Assembly (NCBI GenBank): GCA_013239625.1
Contig: MU053433.1
Span: 1 to 36,646 of the forward strand
Direction of reading: 5' to 3'
Length of the DNA: 36,646 bases
Source: Lama guanicoe
Lineage: Eukaryota
Under the pieces are notes generated by a model. That model was not told the origin of the DNA and ran no database searches. It saw only the letters and a list, made by a program, of their open reading frames with translations. The translations under genes and the position numbers were made by a program. Shown piece after piece: positions 11,481 to 25,399 of the stretch. Within the stretch, counting starts at the first letter, position 1. Each line of letters opens with the position of its first letter.

Positions 11481-14400
11481 AGCATGTGGAGAGAATTCCG
11501 TTTATCTAGCACAAAGGGATCATTTGCAGGAGAAACACTTACTCTGGCTTCTTAGTCTGTTTCCTTGTGCCGTTTTAAATTTTCTGCCTTCTCACTGTAA
11601 GCCGAGTTGGTGCTTTTACCTCCCCAAATTAATGCACATATTGTTGTTTCCATCTAAAAAGAAACTCTATGTTGCCCGCATGCTAGGTGAAGCACGGATT
11701 TCACAGACACTTATCTCTGAAATGTGAGCATGTGTAGAAAAATTCATTAATCTAGAACCAAGGGAACTTTTTGCAAGTGGCACACTTACTCTGATATCTA
11801 ATTTTGATTCCTTGTGGCAGTTTGAATTCCCTGCATTGTTCATTGTAAAACTGAGATGGAGCTCCCACCACCTCAAATATATGTACATATTGCACTTTCC
11901 ATATTAAAAGAAGCTATGTGTTCCTAACTTGTTAGGAATTTGAATGTAAGCCTGAGTTGGTACTAGTACCTCCCCATATATATGCATGTACTGTAGTTTC
12001 CATATGAAAAGAAACTATGTTTTGCCAGCAAGTTATGTGAAGGACAGCTTTCACACAAGCTTATCTCTCAGAAATTAACATGTGGAGTGACGGTCGTTCA
12101 TCTAGCATGAAGGGAATGGTTTAAAATTGATAAACTTACTCTTATTTCTATGACTGTTTCCTAGTGCAGGTTTGAAGTTCCTGCAGTTTTCACTCTAAAG
12201 CAGACTTGGAGCTAGAAGCTCCTCATATATATTTATGTACTGTTGTTTAAAACCAAAAAAAAATTTGTTCCCAATAATCTGGGTGAAGTGTGACTTTCAC
12301 CAAAAGTTACCACTCAGAAATGAGCATGTGCAGACAGGTTCCTTATTCAAGCACAAATGGAATGGGTTGCAGTAGAAATAAATACAATGGGTTCCCACTC
12401 TGTTTCCATTAGCAGGATTGATTTTCCTAAAATTTTAACTGTAAAATCGATTTTGTGCTTGTACCTCCCCTTATATATGTACGTTTTGTAATTTCCAACT
12501 GAAAAGAAAATTTGTGTTGCCAACAAGCTAGGTGAATGGCGGCTGTCACACACACTTTTCTCTCAGAAATTAGCATGTGGAGAGACTTTCTTTCATCTAG
12601 CACCAAGGGAGCGGTTTAAAAGGGATACAAGTATTCTAATTTCTAAGTCTGTTTCCTGGGTCGGTTTGATGTTCCTGCAGTTTTCACTGAAAAACCAATT
12701 AGGAGCTTATACCTCCCCATATATGTATAAGTAGTGTACTATCCTAATGAAAAGAAAATTTGTGTTCCCAACATGCTATGTGAAGAACGTCTTACACGCA
12801 AAATATTGTCTCAGAATTGAATATGTGGAGAGACTTTCGAACATCAAGCACAAAAGGGAGCGGTTTCAAAGAAATACAATTACTCTAATTTTTTAGTCTG
12901 TTTCCTATGGTCGGTTTGAAATTCCTGAAATTTTCACTGTAACCAAGAGTTGGAGTTAGATTCTCCCCATATATATATACGAATTGTTATTTCCCAATGA
13001 AAAGAATCATTTTGTTTCTAACATGCTTTGTGAATGACGGATTTCACAAAAACTTATCTCTCAGAACTGAGCATGTGGAGACAAGTTCATTCATCGAGCA
13101 CAAATGGAACCGTTGGCTGGGGAAACAATAAGTCTGTTTCTCAGTCTGTTTAATAGTGCCTGTTTGAAATCCTGCAGTTTTCCGTGTAAAACCGAGTTGG
13201 TGCTAGTACCTCCTCACATATAGATATGTATTCCTGTTTCCAAATAAAAAGGAACTTTTTGTTCCTAACATGCAAGTTGAAGGACGGATTTCACAAACAG
13301 TTACGTCTCAGAAATGAGCATGTGGACAGACATTCATTCTCCTAGCACAAAAGGAACGGTTGTCAGGAGAAAGATTTACTTTATTTTCCCAGTTTGTTTC
13401 CTATTGCCAGTTTCATTTTCCTGCAGTTTTCATTGTAAAACCAAGGTGGAGCTGGAATCTCCCCATATTTATGTGTGTATGTTTGTTTCCAACTAAAAAC
13501 AACTTTGTGTTCCTTACAAGCTAGGTGAAGTACAGCTTTCACACACACTTATCTCTCAGAAATCAAGATGTGCAGAAATGTTCATTCTATAAGCTGCAAC
13601 GGAATGGGTTGCAGTAGATAAAATTACTCCGAATTCTTAGTCTGTTTCCTAGCAACCCTTTGAAGTTGCTGCAATTTTCACTGTAAAACAGAGTTGGAGT
13701 TAAAACCTCCCCATATATATATATTTATTGTGATTTACAAATTAAAAGAAGCCTTTTATTCTTAACATGCTTGGTGAATGACGGATATCACAAAAACCTA
13801 TCTCTCAGATCTGAGCATGTGGAGACACATTTGTACATCGAGCAAAAATGAAACTGTTTGCCAGAGAAACAATTATTGTGTTCTTAGTCTGTTTAATAGT
13901 TCTGATTTGAAATCCTGTACATTTCACTATAAAAGTGATTTGGAGGTATTACCTCCCGATATAAATGTAAGGATTGCTGTTTCCAAATGAAAAGGAACTT
14001 TCAGATCCTAACATGCAAGGTGAAGTACAGATTTCACAAAGAGTTACGTCTCAGAAATCAGCATGTGGACAGACGTTCATTCTTTTGGCATAAAGGGAAC
14101 GGTTGTCAGGAGAAAGATTTACTCTGATTTCCCAGTTTGTTTCCTACTGCTGGTTTCAATTTCCTGCAGTTTTCATTTTAAAAGCAAGATGGAGTTTGAA
14201 CCTACCAGTATTTATTTATGAATGGTTGTTTCCTATGAAAAAAATCTTTGTAAACTTTACAAGCTAGGTGAAGGACGGTCTCACACACACTTACCTCACA
14301 GAAATGTACATGTGGAAAGACCTTCGTTCAACTAGCAACAAGGGAAAGGGGTTCCAGTTGATACAATTACTCTGATTTCTAAGTCTGTTTCCTAGCGAAA

Positions 14401-14802
14401 GTTTGAAGTACCTGTAGTATTCACTGTAAATCTGAGTTGGAGCTAGTATCTACCCATATATATGTATGTTGAGAAGTTTCCAAGTGAAAAAAAGCTTTGT
14501 GTTCCCAAGAAGCTAGGTGAAGTACGGCTTTCAAACACACTTTTCTCCGAGAACTCTTAATGTCGATAGAGTTCATTCATCCAGCATTTGGGGAGCGGAT
14601 TTCAGTAAAACACTTACTCTGGTTTCTCAGTCTGTTTCCTTGTGCTGGTTTTAATGTCCTGCATTTTCATGTTAAAACCATGTTGGAGCTAGAACTTCAC
14701 CATATATAAGTATGTAGTGCAGTTTCCAACGGGAAAAAATCTTTGTGTTCCCAACAAGCGAGTAGAAGGACGGCTTTCACACACACTTACATCTCAGAAC
14801 TT
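11481..14802. repeat. HOR copy 1 (15-mer N-O-[P]-Q-R-T-U-V-W-X-Y-I-K-L-M) carrying a ~400-bp deletion
   Basis: Monomer types match the next copy at an offset of ~3720 bp (12077/15801, 13070/16789, 13317/17036). ORFs 13314 and 17033 are near-identical translations 3719 bp apart. Confidence 0.88.
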
Positions 14803-17530
14803 AGCATGTGGAGAGACTTCCGTTCATCAAGCACAAAGGGATCGTGTTGCAGGAGAAACAGTTTCTCTGGCTTCTTAGTCTGTTTCCTTCTGCAGTTTTT
14901 AATTTTCTGCCTTCTCACTGTAAGCCGAGTTGGTGCTTTTACCTCCCCAAATAAATGCACGTAGTGTTGTTTCCATCTAAAAAGAAACTCTATGTTGCCC
15001 GCATGCTAGGTGAAGCACGGATTCACAGACACTTATCTCTGAAATCCGAGCATGTGCAGAGAAGTTCGTTAATCTAGAACCAAGGGAACTTTTTGCAAGT
15101 GGCACACTTACTCTGATATCTAAATTTGATTCCTTGTACTTGTGCCAGATTCCCTGCATTGTTCATTGTAAAACTGAGATGAAGCTCGTACCACCTCATA
15201 TATATGTACATATTGCACTTTCCTTATGAAAAGAAGCTATGTGTTCCTAACATATTAGGTGAAGGACGTCATTCACACACAAATTTCTCTCAGAAATTAG
15301 TATGTGGAGACATTTCCATTCATCTAGCACAAAAGGACCGGGTGAAAGGAGAAACAATTACTCTTGTTTCTCTGTGTGTTTTCAAGTGCCGGTTTCAAAT
15401 TCCTGCAGCTTTCAGTGTAAAACCTAGTTGAAGATATTATCTCCAATGTATAAGTTTTTAGTGTAATTTCCAACTGAAAAGAAACTTTGTGTTCCCAGCA
15501 ATCCAGGTGAAGTTTGCTTTGAAACATACTTATCTCTAAGAGTTTAGCATGTGGAGAGACGATATTTCATGTATCACAAATGGAACGTGTTGCAGAAGAC
15601 ACACTGACTCTGTTTTCCCTGTAATTTTCCCTGTTCCTAGAGACCGTTTGAAGTTCCTGCAAATTTGAATGTAAGCCTGAGTTGTACTAGTACCTCCCCA
15701 TATATATGTATGTACTGTAGTTTCCAAATGAAAAGAAACTTTGTTTTGCCAGCAAGCTAGGTGAAGGATGGCTTTCACACAAACTTATCTCTCAGAAAGT
15801 AACATGTGGAGAGACTGTTGTTCATCTAGCATGAAGGGAATGGTTTAAAATTGATAAACTTACTCTTATTTCTATGACTGTTTCCTAGTGCATGTTTGAA
15901 GTTCCTGCAGTTTTCACTGTAAAGCTGAGTTGGAGCTAAAAGCTTCTCATATATATTTATGTAGTGTTGTTTATAACCAAAAATATTTTGTTCCCAGGAA
16001 TCTGGTGAAGTGTGACTTTCACAAAAAGTTACCACTCAGAATTGAGCATCTGCAGACAGGTTCTTTATTCAAGCACAAATGGAATGGGTTGCAGTAGAAA
16101 TACATACAATGTGTTCCCACTCTTTTTCCATTAGCAGGATTGAATTTCCTAAAATTTTAACTGTCAAATCGATTTTGTGCTTGTACCTCCCCTTATATAT
16201 TTACGTTCTGTAATTTCCAACTGAAAAGAAAATTTGTGTTGCCAGCAAGCTAGGTGAAGGGCGCTGTCACACACACTTTTCTCTCAGAAATTAGCATGTG
16301 GAGAGACTTTCTTTCATCTAGCACAAGGGAGCGGTTTTAAAGTGATACAAGTATTCTAATTTCTAAGTCTGTTTCCTGGGTCGGTTTGATATTCCTGTAG
16401 TTTTCACTGAAAAACCAATTAGGATCTTATACCTCCCCATATATATATAAATAATGTACTATCCTAATGAAAATAAAATTTGTGTTCCCAACATGCTATG
16501 TGAAGAACGTCTTTCACGCACAATTTTGTCTCAGAATTGAGTATGTGGAGAGACTTTCGAACATCAAGCACAAAAGGGAGCGGTTTCAAAGAAATACAAT
16601 TACTCTAATTTTTTAGTCTGTTTCCTATGGTCGGTTTGAAATTCCTGAAATTTTCACTGTAACTAACAGTTGGAGTTAGATTCTCCCCATATATATATAC
16701 GAATTTAATTTCCCAATGAAAAGAATCATTTTGTTTCTAACATGTGTGGTGAATGACAGATTTCACAAAAACTTATCTCTCAGAACTGAGCATGTTGTGA
16801 CAAGTTCGTTCATTGAGCACAAATGGAACCGTTGGCTGGGGAAACAATAAGTCTGTTTCTCAGTCTGTTTAATAGTGCCTGTTTGAAATCCTGCAGTTTT
16901 CAGTGTAAAACCGAGTTGGTGCTAGTACCTCCTCACATATAGATATGTATTCCTGTTTCCAAATAAAAAGGAACTTTTTGTTCCTAACATGCAAGTTGAA
17001 GGACGGATTTCACAAACAGTTACGTCTCAGAAATGAGCATGTGGACAGACATTCATTCTCCTAGCACAAAAGGAACGGATGTCAGGAGAAAGATTTACTC
17101 TATTTTCCCAGTTTGTTTCCTATTGCCAGTTTCATTTTCCTGCAGTTTTCATTGTAAAACCAAGGTGGAGCTGGAATACCCATATTTATGTATGTATGGT
17201 TGTTTCCAACTAAAAACAACTTTGTGTTCCTTACAAGCTAGGTGAAGTACATCTTTCACACACACTTATCTCTCAGAAATCAAGATGTGCAGAAATGTTC
17301 ATTCTATAAGCAGCAAGGGAATGGGTTGCAGTAGATAAAATTACTCTGAATTCTTAGTCTGTTTCCTAGCGACCATTTGAAGTTCCTGCAGTTTTCACTG
17401 TAAAACAGAGTTGGAGTTAAAACCTCCCCATATATATTTATGTATTGTAAATTCCAAATGAAAAGAATCCTTTTGTTCCTACCATGCTTGGTCAACGATG
17501 GATTTCACAAACACCTATCTCTCAGGTCTG
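14803..17530. repeat. HOR copy 2 (N to Y, 11 monomers), then switching to a different I-K-L lineage
   Basis: Same type order as 11481-13813, with shared private motifs such as tagcatgaagggaatggtttaaaattgataaac, gactttcgaacatcaagcacaaaagggagcgg and caagatgtgcagaaatgttcattctataagc. Confidence 0.85.
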
Positions 17531-19075
17531 TGCCTGTGGAGACACTTTCCTTCATTGGGCACAAATGGAACTGTTTGCCAGTGAAACAATTCCTGTGTTT
17601 CTAGTTTGTTTATTAGTGCCGTTTTGAAATCCTGTAAGTTTCACTGTAAAACAGATTTGGAGCTAGTACCTCCCGATATAAATGTATGTATTGCTGTTTC
17701 CAAATGAAAAGGACCTTTTTGATCCTAACATGCAAGGTGAAGGACCGATTTCACATAGAGTTACGTCTCAGAAACGAGCATGTGTACAGACGTTCATTCT
17801 TCTAGCATAAAGGGAACAGTTGTCAGGAAAACGTTAACTCTGGTTTCCCAGTTTGTTTCCTATTGCCGGTTTCAATTTCCTGCATTTTTCATTGTAAAAC
17901 CAACTTGGAGCTTGAATCTACCCGTATTTATGTATATATGGTTGTTTCCTACTAAAAGAAACTTTGTGCTCCTTACAAGCTAGGTGAAGGATGGTTTTCA
18001 CACACACTTATCTCTCAGAAATGAACATGTGGAGAGACGTTCGTTCAACAAGCACCAAGAGAACGGGTTGCTGTAGATACAATTACTCTGATTTCTAAGT
18101 GTGTTTCCTAGTGAATATTTGAAGTAACTACAGATTTCACTGTAAAACAGATTTGATTTAACTTGTACCTCCCCATATATATGTACATACACTAATTTCC
18201 AACTGAAAGAAACTGTTTTGCAGGCCAGTTACGAAGGAATGCTTTCACACACAATTATCTCTCAGATATTAGCATGTGGAGAGACATTCGTTCATCTAGC
18301 ACCAAGGGAGAGTGTTAAAAGTAATACAATTGCTCTTATTTCTGAGGGTGTTCCATAGGGTCTGTTTGAAATTCCTGCAGGTTTCAGTGTAAAACCGAGT
18401 TGGTGCTACTACCTCCACATATATATGTACGTATTGTACTTAACTAATTAAAAGATGATTCGTGTTCACAACATGCTAGTTGAAGGACTTCATTCCCACA
18501 CAATTTTCTCTCAGATCTTAGTATGTTTAGACACTTTCATTCATCTTACAAATAGGGTATGTGTTCCAGTGGAAGCACTTTGTTTTCTCATTTTGTTTCC
18601 TATTGCCGGTTTTAATTTTCTGTATTTGCATTGTAAAACCAATTTGTAGCTAGTACATTCCCATATATATGTATGTAGTGAAATTTCCACCTGGAAAATA
18701 TCTTTGTGTTCCCAACAAGCTAATAGAAGGACGGCGTTCACACACACTTATCTCTCAGACCTTTGCATGTGGAGAGACTTCCGTTCATCTGCACAAAGGA
18801 ATCGTGTTGCAGGAGAAACACTTACTCTGGTTTCCCAGTCTGTTTCCTTGTGCCAGGTTTAATTTCCTGCATTACCACTCTAAGCAGAGTTGGTGTTTGT
18901 ACCTCCCAAAATTTATGCACGTACTTTACTTTCCATCTGAAAAGAAACTGTGTGTTGCCAACAAGCTAGGTGAAGCAAGGCTTTCACTGAAAGCTGTCAC
19001 TAAAAACCGAGCACGTGGAGAGAAGTATGTTAAACTAGAAGCACGGAAACGGGTTGCAAGTGGTACACACACCCT

Positions 19076-19121
19076 GATATCTAATTTTAATTCCTAGTGC
19101 AGATATCTAATTTCCTAGTGC
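19076..19121. repeat. ~20-26-bp imperfect tandem duplication inside a monomer
   Basis: gatatctaattttaattcctagtgc-a-gatatctaatttcctagtgc. Confidence 0.85.
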
Positions 19122-19534
19122 CGGGTTAAGTTTCCTACAGTGTTCACTGTAATACTGAGATGGAGCAGTTCTGCCCCATATATATATATATATATAAGTA
19201 TTGTACATTCCTAATTAAAAGAAAATTTGTGTTCCCAACTTGCTAGTTGAAGGATGTCTTTCCCACACATCTTTCTATCAGAAATTAGCATGTGGAGAAA
19301 CTTTCATTCATCTGGCACAAAAGGAACGGTTTGCAGGAGAAACAGTTACTCTGGTTTCTCAGTCTGTTTCCTAGTGCCTGTTTGAAATTCCTGCAGCTTT
19401 CACTGTAAAACTGATTTTGAGCTAGTACCTCCCCATGTATATGTGTTTATTGTGATTTCCAAATGAATAGAATCTTTGTGTTCCCAATAAGCCAGGTCAA
19501 GGATGGATTTCGCACACATTATCTATCAGTATAA

Positions 19535-21762
19535 AGCATGTGGGGAGATGATCGTTCATCTAGCACAAATGGAAGTGGTTGCAGTAGACACACTTACTCT
19601 GGGTTCCCAGTCTGCTTCCTAGAGCCCATTTGAAGTTCGTGCAAATTTCACCGTAAACCCGAATGTTTTACTTGTACCTCCCCTTATATGTGTACATACT
19701 GTAATTTCCAACTGAAAGAAACTTTGTTTGGCCAGCAAGCTAGGTGAAGGAATGCTTTCACACAGAATTATCTCTCAGATATTAGCATGTGGAGAGACTT
19801 TCTTTCATCTAGCACCAAGGGAGTGTGTTACAGTGATACAATTGCTCTCATTTCTAACTGTGTTTCATAGGGTCGGTTTGAAATTCCTGCAGTTTTCAGT
19901 GTAAGACCGAGTTGGTGCTAGTACCTCCCCATATATATTTACATATTGTACTTTCCTAATGAAAAGAAATATTGTGTTCCCAACATGCCAGGTGAAGGAC
20001 ATATTTCACACACAATTTTCTCTCAGAAATGAGCATGAGTAGAGAGAATCTTTAATCAAGCACAAATGGTATATGTTGCAGTAGACACAATTACTCTGTT
20101 TCCCAGGGTGTTTTCTAGAGCTGGTTTGAAATTCCAAGGGTTTCACTGTAAAGCCATTTTGGTGCTTCTTCCTACCGATATTCATGTACGTAGTGTAGTT
20201 TCAAACTGAAAAGAAACATTGATTTGCCAGGAAGATGGGTGAAGTTCGGCTTTCACACAATTATCTGTCAGAGTTGAGCATATGGAGAGACGGTCGTTCA
20301 TCTAGCACAAATTGAAGTAGATGCAGTTGACACACTTACTCTGCTTTCCCCATCTGTTTCCTATTTCTGGTTTGAATTTCCTGCAATTTTCACCCAAAAC
20401 CAGTAGGAGCTAGAAACTCCCAATATATATTTACGTAATGAAGTTTCCAACTGAAAAGAAACTTTGTGTTACTAGGAACCTAGTTGAAGGTAGGCTTTCA
20501 CAAAAAGATATCCCTCAGAATTAAACATGTGAAGAGAGGTTATTTAATCAAGCACAAATGGTATGGGTTACAGTTCAAACACTTACTCTGGGTTCCCAGT
20601 CTACTTTCTAGAGCCCGTTTGAAGTTCCTGCAGTTTTCACTGTAACACTGCATTGGAGCTAGAACCTCCCCATATATATTTATGTAGTGTAGTTACCAAG
20701 CAAAGAATATTTGTGTTTCAATGATGCTTAGTGAAGGGCGACTTTCACACAAAGTTACCTCTCAGAAATGAGCATGTGGATAGAGGATCTTTATTCAAGC
20801 ACTAATGGTATGTGTAGCAGTAGAAACATTAACTCTGGTTTTCCATTCTGTTTCCTATAGCCTGTTTGAAGTTCCTACAGTTTTCACTGAAAAATCCACT
20901 TGGTGCTTGTACCTCCCCATTAATATGTACACAGTGTAATTACCAACTGAATAGAAACATTGTGTGGCCAGCAAGCTAGGGGAAATAGGGCTGTTAGACA
21001 TAATTATCTCTCAGAAATTAGCATGTGAAAAGACATTCTTTCATCTAGCACCAAGGGTGCCTTTTAAATGAGAAACAATTTCTCTAATTTCTAAGTTTGT
21101 TTCCCTGCGTCGGTTTGATGTTTCTCCAGTTTTCACTGAAAAACCTTGTTGGAGCTTGTATCTGCGCATATATATACAACAAGTGTTCTTTTCTAATGAA
21201 AAGAAACTTTGTGTTCCCAACATGCTAGGAGAAGGACGTCTTTCACACACAATTTTCTCTCAGAATTGAGCATGTGGAGAGATATTCATTCATCTAACAC
21301 CAACAGAGCCGTGTAAAAGACATACAATTTCTCTAATTTCTTAGTCTGTTTCCTAGGGTCGTTTTGAAATTCCTGCAGTTTTCACTGTAAAACAGATGTG
21401 GAGATAGAACATCCCCATATATATCTACGTTTTGTAAATTCCAAATGAAAAGAATCTTTTGTTCCTAACATGCTTGGTGAATGACGGATTTCACAAAAAC
21501 CTATCTCTCAGAACTGAGCATGTGGAGACTCGTTCGTTCATCGAGCACAAATGGAACTGTTTGCCAGAGAAACAAATCCTATATTTCTAGTTTGTTTATT
21601 AGTGCCATTTTGAAATCCTGTAGTTTTCACTGTAAAACGGATTTGGAGCTAGTACCTCCCGATATAAATGTAAGTATTGCTGTTTCCATATGAAAAGAAT
21701 CTTTTTGTTCCTAACATGATTGGTGAATGACGGATTTCGCCAAAACCTATCTCTCAGAACTG
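19535..21762. repeat. Ordered monomer block A-I, sub-lineage 2
   Basis: Same type order as 315-2548. ORF 21041-21250 mirrors ORF 1826-2035. Carries gaagatgggtgaagttc at 20231. Confidence 0.85.
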
Positions 21763-24700
21763 AGCATGTGGAGACACGTTCGTACATCGAGCACAAATGG
21801 AAATGTTTGCCGGAGAAACAGTTACTGTGTTTCTAGTCTGTTTAATAGTGCCTGTTTCAAACCCTGTAATTTTCACTGTAAAACCGATTTGGAGCTAGTA
21901 CCTCCCAACATATATGTATGTCGTGCAGTCTCCAACCTCAAAACATTTTTGTGTTCCCAACAAGCTAGTAGAAAGATGGCATTCACACACACTTATCTCT
22001 AAGAACTGAGCATGTGGAGAGACTTCGGTTCATCTAGCACAAAGGGATCGGGCTGCAGGGAAACACTAACTCTGTTTTCTCAGTCTGGTTCCTTGTGTCT
22101 GGTTCAATTTCCTGCATTTTCACTGTAAGCCAAGTTGGTGCTTGTACCTCCCCAAATATATTCACATAGTGTACTTTCCATTTGAAAAGAAACTCAATAT
22201 TGCCAGCAAGGTAGGTGAACCATGGCTTTCACAGACACTTATCTCTGAAAACCCAGCATGTGGAGACAAGTTTGTTAATCTAGAACCAAGGGAACAGTTG
22301 GTAAGTGGTACACTTATTCTGATATCAAATTTTGATTCGTAGTGCTGGTTTGCATTCCCTGCATTGTTCATTGTAAAACTGAGGTGGAGCTAGTACCACC
22401 CCATATATATATATATATGCACATATTGTACTATCCTAATGAAAAGAAACTTTGTTTTCCCAACAAGCCAGGTGAAGGACGGTTTAAAACACACTCTTTT
22501 CTCAGAGTTAAGTATGTGGAGAGACGATCGTTCATCTAGCACAAATGGAACATGTTGCAGTAGACACACTTACTCTGTTTTCCCAGTATGATTCCTAGAG
22601 CCTGTTTGAAGTCCCTGCAAATTTGAATGTAAGCCTGAGTTGGTACTTGTACCTCCCCATATATATATAAGTACCGTAATTTCCAAGTGAAAAGAAACGT
22701 TCGTTGTTTTGCCAGCAAGCTAGGTGAAGGATGGCTTTCACACACATTTATCTCTCAGAAATTAGAATGTGGAGAGATGTTCGTTCATATATCACAAAGG
22801 GAACGGGTTAAAAGGGATACACTTACTCTGATTTCTAAGTCTGTTTCCTAGTGCCTGTTTGAAGTTTCTGCAGTTTTCACTGTAAAACCGACTTGGAGCT
22901 AGAACCTCCCCATATGTATTTATGTAGTGTAGATTCCAACCGAAAAAAATTTGCGTTCCCAAGAAGCTAGGTGAATGACGAGTTTCACACAAAGTTATCT
23001 CACAGAAATTAGCATGTGGAAAGAGGTTCTTTATTCAAGCACAAATGGAATGGTTTGCAGTAGAAATACTTACTCTGGGTTCCCAGTCTGTTTCCTATGC
23101 CATTTTGAAGTTCCTAAAGTTTTCACTGTAAAATTGATTTGGTGCTTTAAGCTCCCCATATATATGTATGTTGTGTAATATTCAACTGAATAGAAATTTT
23201 CTGTTGCCAACAATCGAGGTGAAGTACGGCTTTCACACACACTTATCTCTCATAAATTAGCATGTGGAGAGACGTTCCTTAGTCTAGCACCAAGGGAGCG
23301 GGTCAAATGAGCTACAATAACTCTAATTTCTAAGTCCATTTCCTAGGGTCGGTTTGAAGTGCCTGCTGTTTTCAAAGTAAAACCATGTTGGAGCTAGTAC
23401 CTCCCCATATTTATGTACGTATTGTGCTTTCCTAATGAAAAGCACCTTTGTGTTCCAAACATGCTAGGTTAAGGTCATCTTTCACAGACAATTTTCGCTC
23501 AGAATTGAGCATGTGGAGAGACGTTCTTTCATCTAGCACAAAAGGAACCATTCGCAGGAGAAACTCTTACTCTGGGCTCTCAGTCAATTTCCCAGTGCCG
23601 GTTTGAAATTCTTGCAGCTTTCGCTATAAAACCGAGTTGGAGCTAGAACCACCCCATATATATATGTATTGTAATTTTGTAATAAAAACAAACTTTATGT
23701 CCCCAAAATGCAATGTGAATGGTGTCTTTCACACACAATTTCCTCTCAGAATTGAGCATGTGGAGAGACGTTCGTTCATCTAGCACCAAAGAAGAAGTTT
23801 AAAAGGGATAAAATTACTCTTATTTCTTAGTGTGTTTCCTTGGGTCGTTTGGAAGTTCCTGCCCTTTTCACTGTAAAACAGAGTAGGAGTTAGAACCTCC
23901 CCATTTATATATATGTATTGTAATTTCCAAATGACTAGAATCTTTTTCTTCCTTACATGCTTGCTGAATGACGGATTTCCCAAAAACTTATCTCTCAGAA
24001 CTGAGCATGTGGAGACACGTTCCTTCATCGAGCACAAATGGAAAGATTTGCCGGAGAAACAATTACTGTGTTTCTAGTCGGTTTAATAGTGCCATTTTGA
24101 AATGCTTACTTTTCACGGTAAAACCGACTTGGAGCTAGTACCTCCCCATATAAATGTATGCATTGCTGTTTCCAAATGAAAAGAAACTTTTTGTCTTTTC
24201 ATTCAAGGTGAAGAACGGATTTCACAAACAGTTACGTCTCAGAAATGAGCATGTGGACAGACGTTCGTTCTTCTAGCATAAAGGGCACGGGGGACAGGAG
24301 AAAGATTTACTCTGGTTTCCCAGGTTTTTTCCTATTACCAGTTTCAATTTCCTGCAGTTTTCATTGTAAAACAAAGTTGGAGATTGAATCTCTCCGTATA
24401 TTAGTATGTATTGTATTTTCCAAATAAAAAAAATCCTTTTGATCCTTACAAGCTAGGTGAAGGGCGGTTTTCACACACAGTTATCTCTCAGAAATGAACA
24501 TGTGGAGAGACGTTCATTCAAATAGCAACAAGGGAACGCATTGCAGTGGATAGCATTTCTCTGATTTCTATGTATGTTTCCTTGCAACGGTTTGAAATAC
24601 ATGCAGTTTTCACTGTAAAAAAGAGTTGGAGTTAGAACCGCCCTAAATATATATACGTATTTCATTTTCCAAATGAAAAGAATCTGTTTGTTACTAACAT

Positions 24701-25399
24701 GCTTGGTGAACAACGGATTTCACAAAAACTTATCTCTCAGAACTGAGCATGTGGAGAGACTTCCATTCATCTAGCACAAAGAGATCTGGTTGCAGGGAAA
24801 CACTTACTCTGGTTTCTCAGTCTGTTACCTTGTGTCAGATTTAGTTTCATGCATTTTCACTGTAAGCCGAGTTGGTGCTTGTACCTCCCCAAATATATGC
24901 ACGTAGTGTGCTTTCCATCTGAAAAGAAACTCAGTGTTGCCAGCAAGCTAGGTTAAGCACAGCTTTCACACACACTTATGTCTCAGAAATGAACATGTGG
25001 AAAGACGTTCGTTCAATTAGCAACAAGGGAACGGGTCGCAGTGCATACAATTTCTCTGATTTCTAAGTCTGTTTCCTAGTGAATATTTGAAGTAACTACA
25101 GATTTCACTGTAAAACAGATTTGGAGTTATATCCTCACATATACATATATATATATGTATATTGTTTTTCCCAAACGAAAAGAATCTTTTTGTTCCTTAC
25201 CTGCTTGTTGATGGACAGATTCCACAAAAACTTATCTCTCAGAACTGAGAATGTGGAGACACGTTCGTTAATCGAGCACAAATGGAATGGTTTGTCGGAG
25301 AAACAATTACTGTGTTTGTCAGTCTGTTTAATAGTGCTGGTAGGAAATCCTGCAGTTTTCACTGTAAAACTGAGTTGGAACTAGTAACACCCGATATAT

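Noticed and set aside
15611..15636. 10-bp local duplication ttttccctgt-aa-ttttccctgt, and a ~14-bp deletion at ~32889
   Set aside because: Both are real but are routine small slippage events.
18669..19097. Longest ORF (142 aa)
   Set aside because: It is a read-through of about 1.7 diverged monomers, and homologous monomers elsewhere are not open.
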